A stretch of 64,000 nt of DNA from Candidatus Latescibacterota bacterium (lineage in GTDB: Bacteria; Latescibacterota; UBA2968): the NCBI GenBank assembly GCA_965207885.1, contig OZ242311.1:4448001-4512000 (forward strand), given 5' to 3'. Within the stretch, counting starts at the first letter, position 1. Each line of letters begins with the position of its first letter. Below are positions 60,699-64,000 of this stretch, in pieces. Made by a program: the position numbers and the translations under genes. The notes under the pieces are model-generated. The model was given only the letters and a program-made list of their open reading frames with translations, was not told where the DNA came from and ran no database searches.

Positions 60699-62261
60699 AT
60701 GGAAATCGTATCTGTGATTGCACTATCTACCGGGCTGTTGGTTCTGGGATTTGTTGTGGGATGGCTGATCAGCAGTAAAATCTCACACAAGAGATTTTAC
60801 CGCACCGACGCCTCAATTGAACAAATTTTGGAAGATGCTCGAAGAGAAGCAGAAACTGAAAAACGCACCGCGCTTTTAGAAGCTAAGGATCAGATTTATC
60901 ACGAGCGCGTACATGCCGAAAAAGCGCTGGAAGGCCGCAACAGTGAAGTGGCACACAAAGAAGAAGAATTAGATCGCATGTCGAGCGAGTTGAATCGACG
61001 TGCAGACCTGCTCAACCACAAAGCTGGACAAATGGAAGAATTGGAACAAAAACTGGTACAGCAGCAGGACGAATTAACCGTAAAAGAACTGGAATTGGAA
61101 GCGATTTTGGAGGCTCAAAATGCGCGATTAGAACGCATTGCGGCCCTGACACGCCAGCAGGCCAAACGCGAATTGATGGAAAATTTGGAGGCCGAAGCCC
61201 AGCGCGAAGTTGCCTGGCGCTTAAAAGAAATTCGGGAAGACGCACAAGCGCGGGCCAATGATGAAGCGAGAGAAATTATCGCAAGTGCGATTCAAAGACT
61301 GGCAGTCGATTACACGGTAGAATCAACTGTGACAGTTGTCGAGTTGCCAGCCGATGAAATGAAAGGTCGAATTATCGGACGCGAAGGGCGCAATATCCGA
61401 GCTTTTGAGATGTGTACTGGCGTGGATGTGATTGTTGACGATACCCCCAAAGCCGTCGTGCTGTCCGGATTTGATCCCATTCGCCGCGCGATTGCCAAGA
61501 CAGCTTTGGAGCACCTTTTAATGGATGGACGCATTCATCCGGGCCGGATCGAAGAAGTGGTTGAAAAATCGAAAGAAAATATGCACGAATTGATTCAACA
61601 AGCGGGTGAAGAGGCCATCTTTGACATGGGAGTACCCGGCTTGCATGATCGTCTGATTGAATGTCTTGGGCGATTAAAATTTCGGACGAGCTATGGGCAA
61701 AATATGTTAAACCACAGCAAAGAGGTGGCTTTTCTATCGGGGATGATGGCCACGCATTTGGGGCTGGATGCACAACTTGCCAAGCGCGCCGGCCTACTAC
61801 ACGATATTGGCCAGGGAATCAGCCACGAATTTGAAGGTACACCCGGCCAAAATGGCGCTGATATGGCAAAAAAATACGGTGAAGATGACGAGGTAATCAA
61901 CGCGATTGAAGCCCACCACGGCGAGGCTGACCCCATCTCACCAATTGCAGTGCTGGTCGATGCCGCAGATACCATTTCGAGGGTTCGACCGGGCGCAAGG
62001 CGTGAGGTGTTGGAAAATTATGTGCGACGATTGGAGCATTTGGAACAAACCGCCCAAGAAATAGAGGGAGTAGATGCGGTTTACGCCATTCAAGCCGGTC
62101 AAGAAATTCGGGTAGTCGCCAACTATGGGTTAATCAGCGATGAAGACACCGAGCGATTATCTGCTCAAATTGCCGAACGACTGGAAAAAACAATGACGTA
62201 TCCGGGGCATATAAAAGTGACCGTAATTCGCGAGGTGCGCGCCATCAATTTTGCGCGATAA
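60699..62261 (+). CDS. rny: Ribonuclease Y
   Basis: N-terminal TM, coiled coil, KH (KGRIIGREGRNIR), HD (LLHDIG), RPGARRE, YPG.IKVTVIRE. Confidence 0.97.
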   Translation: MEIVSVIALSTGLLVLGFVVGWLISSKISHKRFYRTDASIEQILEDARREAETEKRTALLEAKDQIYHERVHAEKALEGRNSEVAHKEEELDRMSSELNRRADLLNHKAGQMEELEQKLVQQQDELTVKELELEAILEAQNARLERIAALTRQQAKRELMENLEAEAQREVAWRLKEIREDAQARANDEAREIIASAIQRLAVDYTVESTVTVVELPADEMKGRIIGREGRNIRAFEMCTGVDVIVDDTPKAVVLSGFDPIRRAIAKTALEHLLMDGRIHPGRIEEVVEKSKENMHELIQQAGEEAIFDMGVPGLHDRLIECLGRLKFRTSYGQNMLNHSKEVAFLSGMMATHLGLDAQLAKRAGLLHDIGQGISHEFEGTPGQNGADMAKKYGEDDEVINAIEAHHGEADPISPIAVLVDAADTISRVRPGARREVLENYVRRLEHLEQTAQEIEGVDAVYAIQAGQEIRVVANYGLISDEDTERLSAQIAERLEKTMTYPGHIKVTVIREVRAINFAR

Positions 62262-62271
62262 AAAATAGCGA

Positions 62272-63063
62272 ATGAAAATTCTATTTGTAGGCGATGTTTA
62301 TGGCAGGCCCGGACGACGGGCCGCCGCACATTTGATTCCTCAACTGGTTGCACAGCACGCCATTGATTTCTGCGTTGTCAATGGCGAAAATTCTGCTGGC
62401 GGTTTTGGTATTACTGCAAAAATCGGACAAAAATTTCACGCTTACGGCGCCGATGTAATTACCATGGGAGATCACATCTGGGATCAAAAAGATTCGGTTG
62501 ACTATATTCAAACGGGCGACCGGATTTTGCGTGCAGCCAATTTTCCCAAAGAGGTTGGGGGTGTGGGTGCGGCGATTTTTTCAGCGCGCAACGGGGCGTC
62601 GGTTGCAGTGCTCAGCTTGCTTGGACGAACATATATGAAAATGGCTTTGGACTGTCCCTTTAGAACGGGGCAATGCGCCGTGGAGAAATTACAAAAGAAA
62701 ACGCCCATTATTCTCATCGACTTCCACGCCGAAGCGACCTCGGAAAAAATTGCTTTTGGGCACTATATGGACGGCAAAGTCAGCGCGGTTTTGGGCACGC
62801 ATACCCATGTTCAAACAGCCGATAATGGGATCTTGCCCGGCGGAACTGCGTATATGACAGATGTTGGCATGACAGGGCCTCACGATTCGGTTATTGGCGC
62901 AAAAAAAGACCCTGCGATCCGCCGATTTGTAAACCAGATGCCTGTGCGTTTTGAGCCAGCCACAAACGATATAAAACTCTGCGGTGCGCTCATCGATGTG
63001 GATGAATGCTCTGGGCGTGCGCAACACATCGAGCGGTTGTGTCTCGATTTAGAGGAGGGATAA
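62272..63063 (+). CDS. ymdB: YmdB-like metallophosphoesterase (TIGR00282 family)
   Basis: GDVYG.PGR, NGEN, DFHAEATSEK, GTHTHVQTAD, TDVGMTG. Confidence 0.93.
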   Translation: MKILFVGDVYGRPGRRAAAHLIPQLVAQHAIDFCVVNGENSAGGFGITAKIGQKFHAYGADVITMGDHIWDQKDSVDYIQTGDRILRAANFPKEVGGVGAAIFSARNGASVAVLSLLGRTYMKMALDCPFRTGQCAVEKLQKKTPIILIDFHAEATSEKIAFGHYMDGKVSAVLGTHTHVQTADNGILPGGTAYMTDVGMTGPHDSVIGAKKDPAIRRFVNQMPVRFEPATNDIKLCGALIDVDECSGRAQHIERLCLDLEEG

Positions 63064-63064
63064 G

Positions 63065-64000
63065 GTGGAACACCCGCTTTCTGTATCGGACGTCACACAA
63101 GCGGTCAAGCAAACCCTTGAGATGCAATTTCCGCCCATGTGGGTCGCCGGTGAATTGACCTCCTTTTCTCAGCCCTCATCCGGACATCGGTATTTCACGC
63201 TCTCAGATCCGCACAGTCAATTGCGCTGTGTGATGTGGCGCTCGCGTCCCATAACTGGATTTCGTCCCACAGCGGGAATGGCCGTGTTGGCACAGGGGCA
63301 GTTGACGGTGTATGAGCGGCGGGGCGAATATCAATTTAATGTGTCACAACTGTTTCCCGCAGGGGTGGGACAACAGCTAATCGCCTATGAAAAACTGAAA
63401 AAAAAACTGTCAGAAGAGGGCCTTTTTGACGAAGATCGAAAACGATCTCTGCCCGAATACCCCAGAGCCATTGGGGTTGTGACTTCGAAGACAGGTGCAG
63501 CTTTTCGAGATATTTGGGATGTGTTGAAGCGGCGATTTCCCGCTGTCCGCATTGTTTTGCGCCCTGCGCAGGTGCAGGGATTGGACGCGCCAGAAGATAT
63601 TGCACAAGGCATTGCCGATCTCAATGACTTTGGCAAAGTAGATGTATTGATTGTTGGACGCGGCGGTGGCTCCGCTGAGGATTTAGCTGCCTTTAATGAC
63701 GAGACAGTAGTGCGGGCAATTGCGGATTCGGAGATTCCAGTTATTTCAGCCGTAGGACACGAGATCGACATTTCCCTATCGGATATAGCGGCTGACGTAC
63801 GCGCACCAACCCCTTCTGCTGCCGCAGAAATTGCCGTACGCGATGTTTTAGAAGTGCGCGAACAAGTCGGGCGGCTCACACTCCGCACGGGGGAGGCCAT
63901 GCAGCGACTATTAGAAAAAAATAAAAATCTGATAGAAACTTACGAAAGCAGTTATGGCATGCGGCGGTTGTCCGATTTGATCTTTCAAAACGCGCAACAC
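63065..64000 (+). CDS. xseA: Exodeoxyribonuclease VII large subunit (3' truncated by window edge)
   Basis: GTG after GGAGG; LSVS..WVAGE..SGHRYFTL, GRGGGS.EDL, SAVGHE.D, APTPSAAAE. Confidence 0.95.
   Translation, partial: MEHPLSVSDVTQAVKQTLEMQFPPMWVAGELTSFSQPSSGHRYFTLSDPHSQLRCVMWRSRPITGFRPTAGMAVLAQGQLTVYERRGEYQFNVSQLFPAGVGQQLIAYEKLKKKLSEEGLFDEDRKRSLPEYPRAIGVVTSKTGAAFRDIWDVLKRRFPAVRIVLRPAQVQGLDAPEDIAQGIADLNDFGKVDVLIVGRGGGSAEDLAAFNDETVVRAIADSEIPVISAVGHEIDISLSDIAADVRAPTPSAAAEIAVRDVLEVREQVGRLTLRTGEAMQRLLEKNKNLIETYESSYGMRRLSDLIFQNAQH

Overview
Bacterial chromosomal window of roughly 50% GC (estimated by eye). The proteins (PhyH-HEAT fusion, dockerin/EF-hand + cadherin + FN3 + LRR surface proteins, sulfatase, many sugar enzymes) suggest a marine, probably sponge-associated, Latescibacterota/Poribacteria-like organism; this is inference only. 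From 1-31 kb there are carbohydrate/uronate catabolic genes, including a plant-type galacturonokinase-nucleotidyltransferase pair, uxuA-like, two DUF4955-like beta-helix proteins and YesU-like. This part also holds an IS-disrupted TonB-dependent receptor operon, a PIN toxin-antitoxin pair, and a promoter- and terminator-bounded ~340-nt highly base-paired transcript carrying two micro-ORFs. From 31-47 kb a 2.7-kaa cadherin/FN3/GH5/LRR surface protein sits under a perfect sigma54 promoter, next to two tandem sigma54 activators. Each fuses a beta-propeller/YYY sensor with no signal peptide or TM segment directly to an AAA+ domain, and three homologous promoter modules occur in decreasing states of preservation. 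From 47-55 kb lie a STAS-wHTH/nurA/HAS-barrel/herA/GT2/aminotransferase operon, queE and an oxidoreductase. From 56-64 kb is the core cluster thrS-infC(ATC start)-rpmI-rplT-zapB-zapA-rny-ymdB-xseA. There are three IS copies (two apparently identical IS5-family, one IS4-family). No CRISPR array, rRNA or tRNA was seen. All family calls come from motif recognition by eye; no database searches were run.
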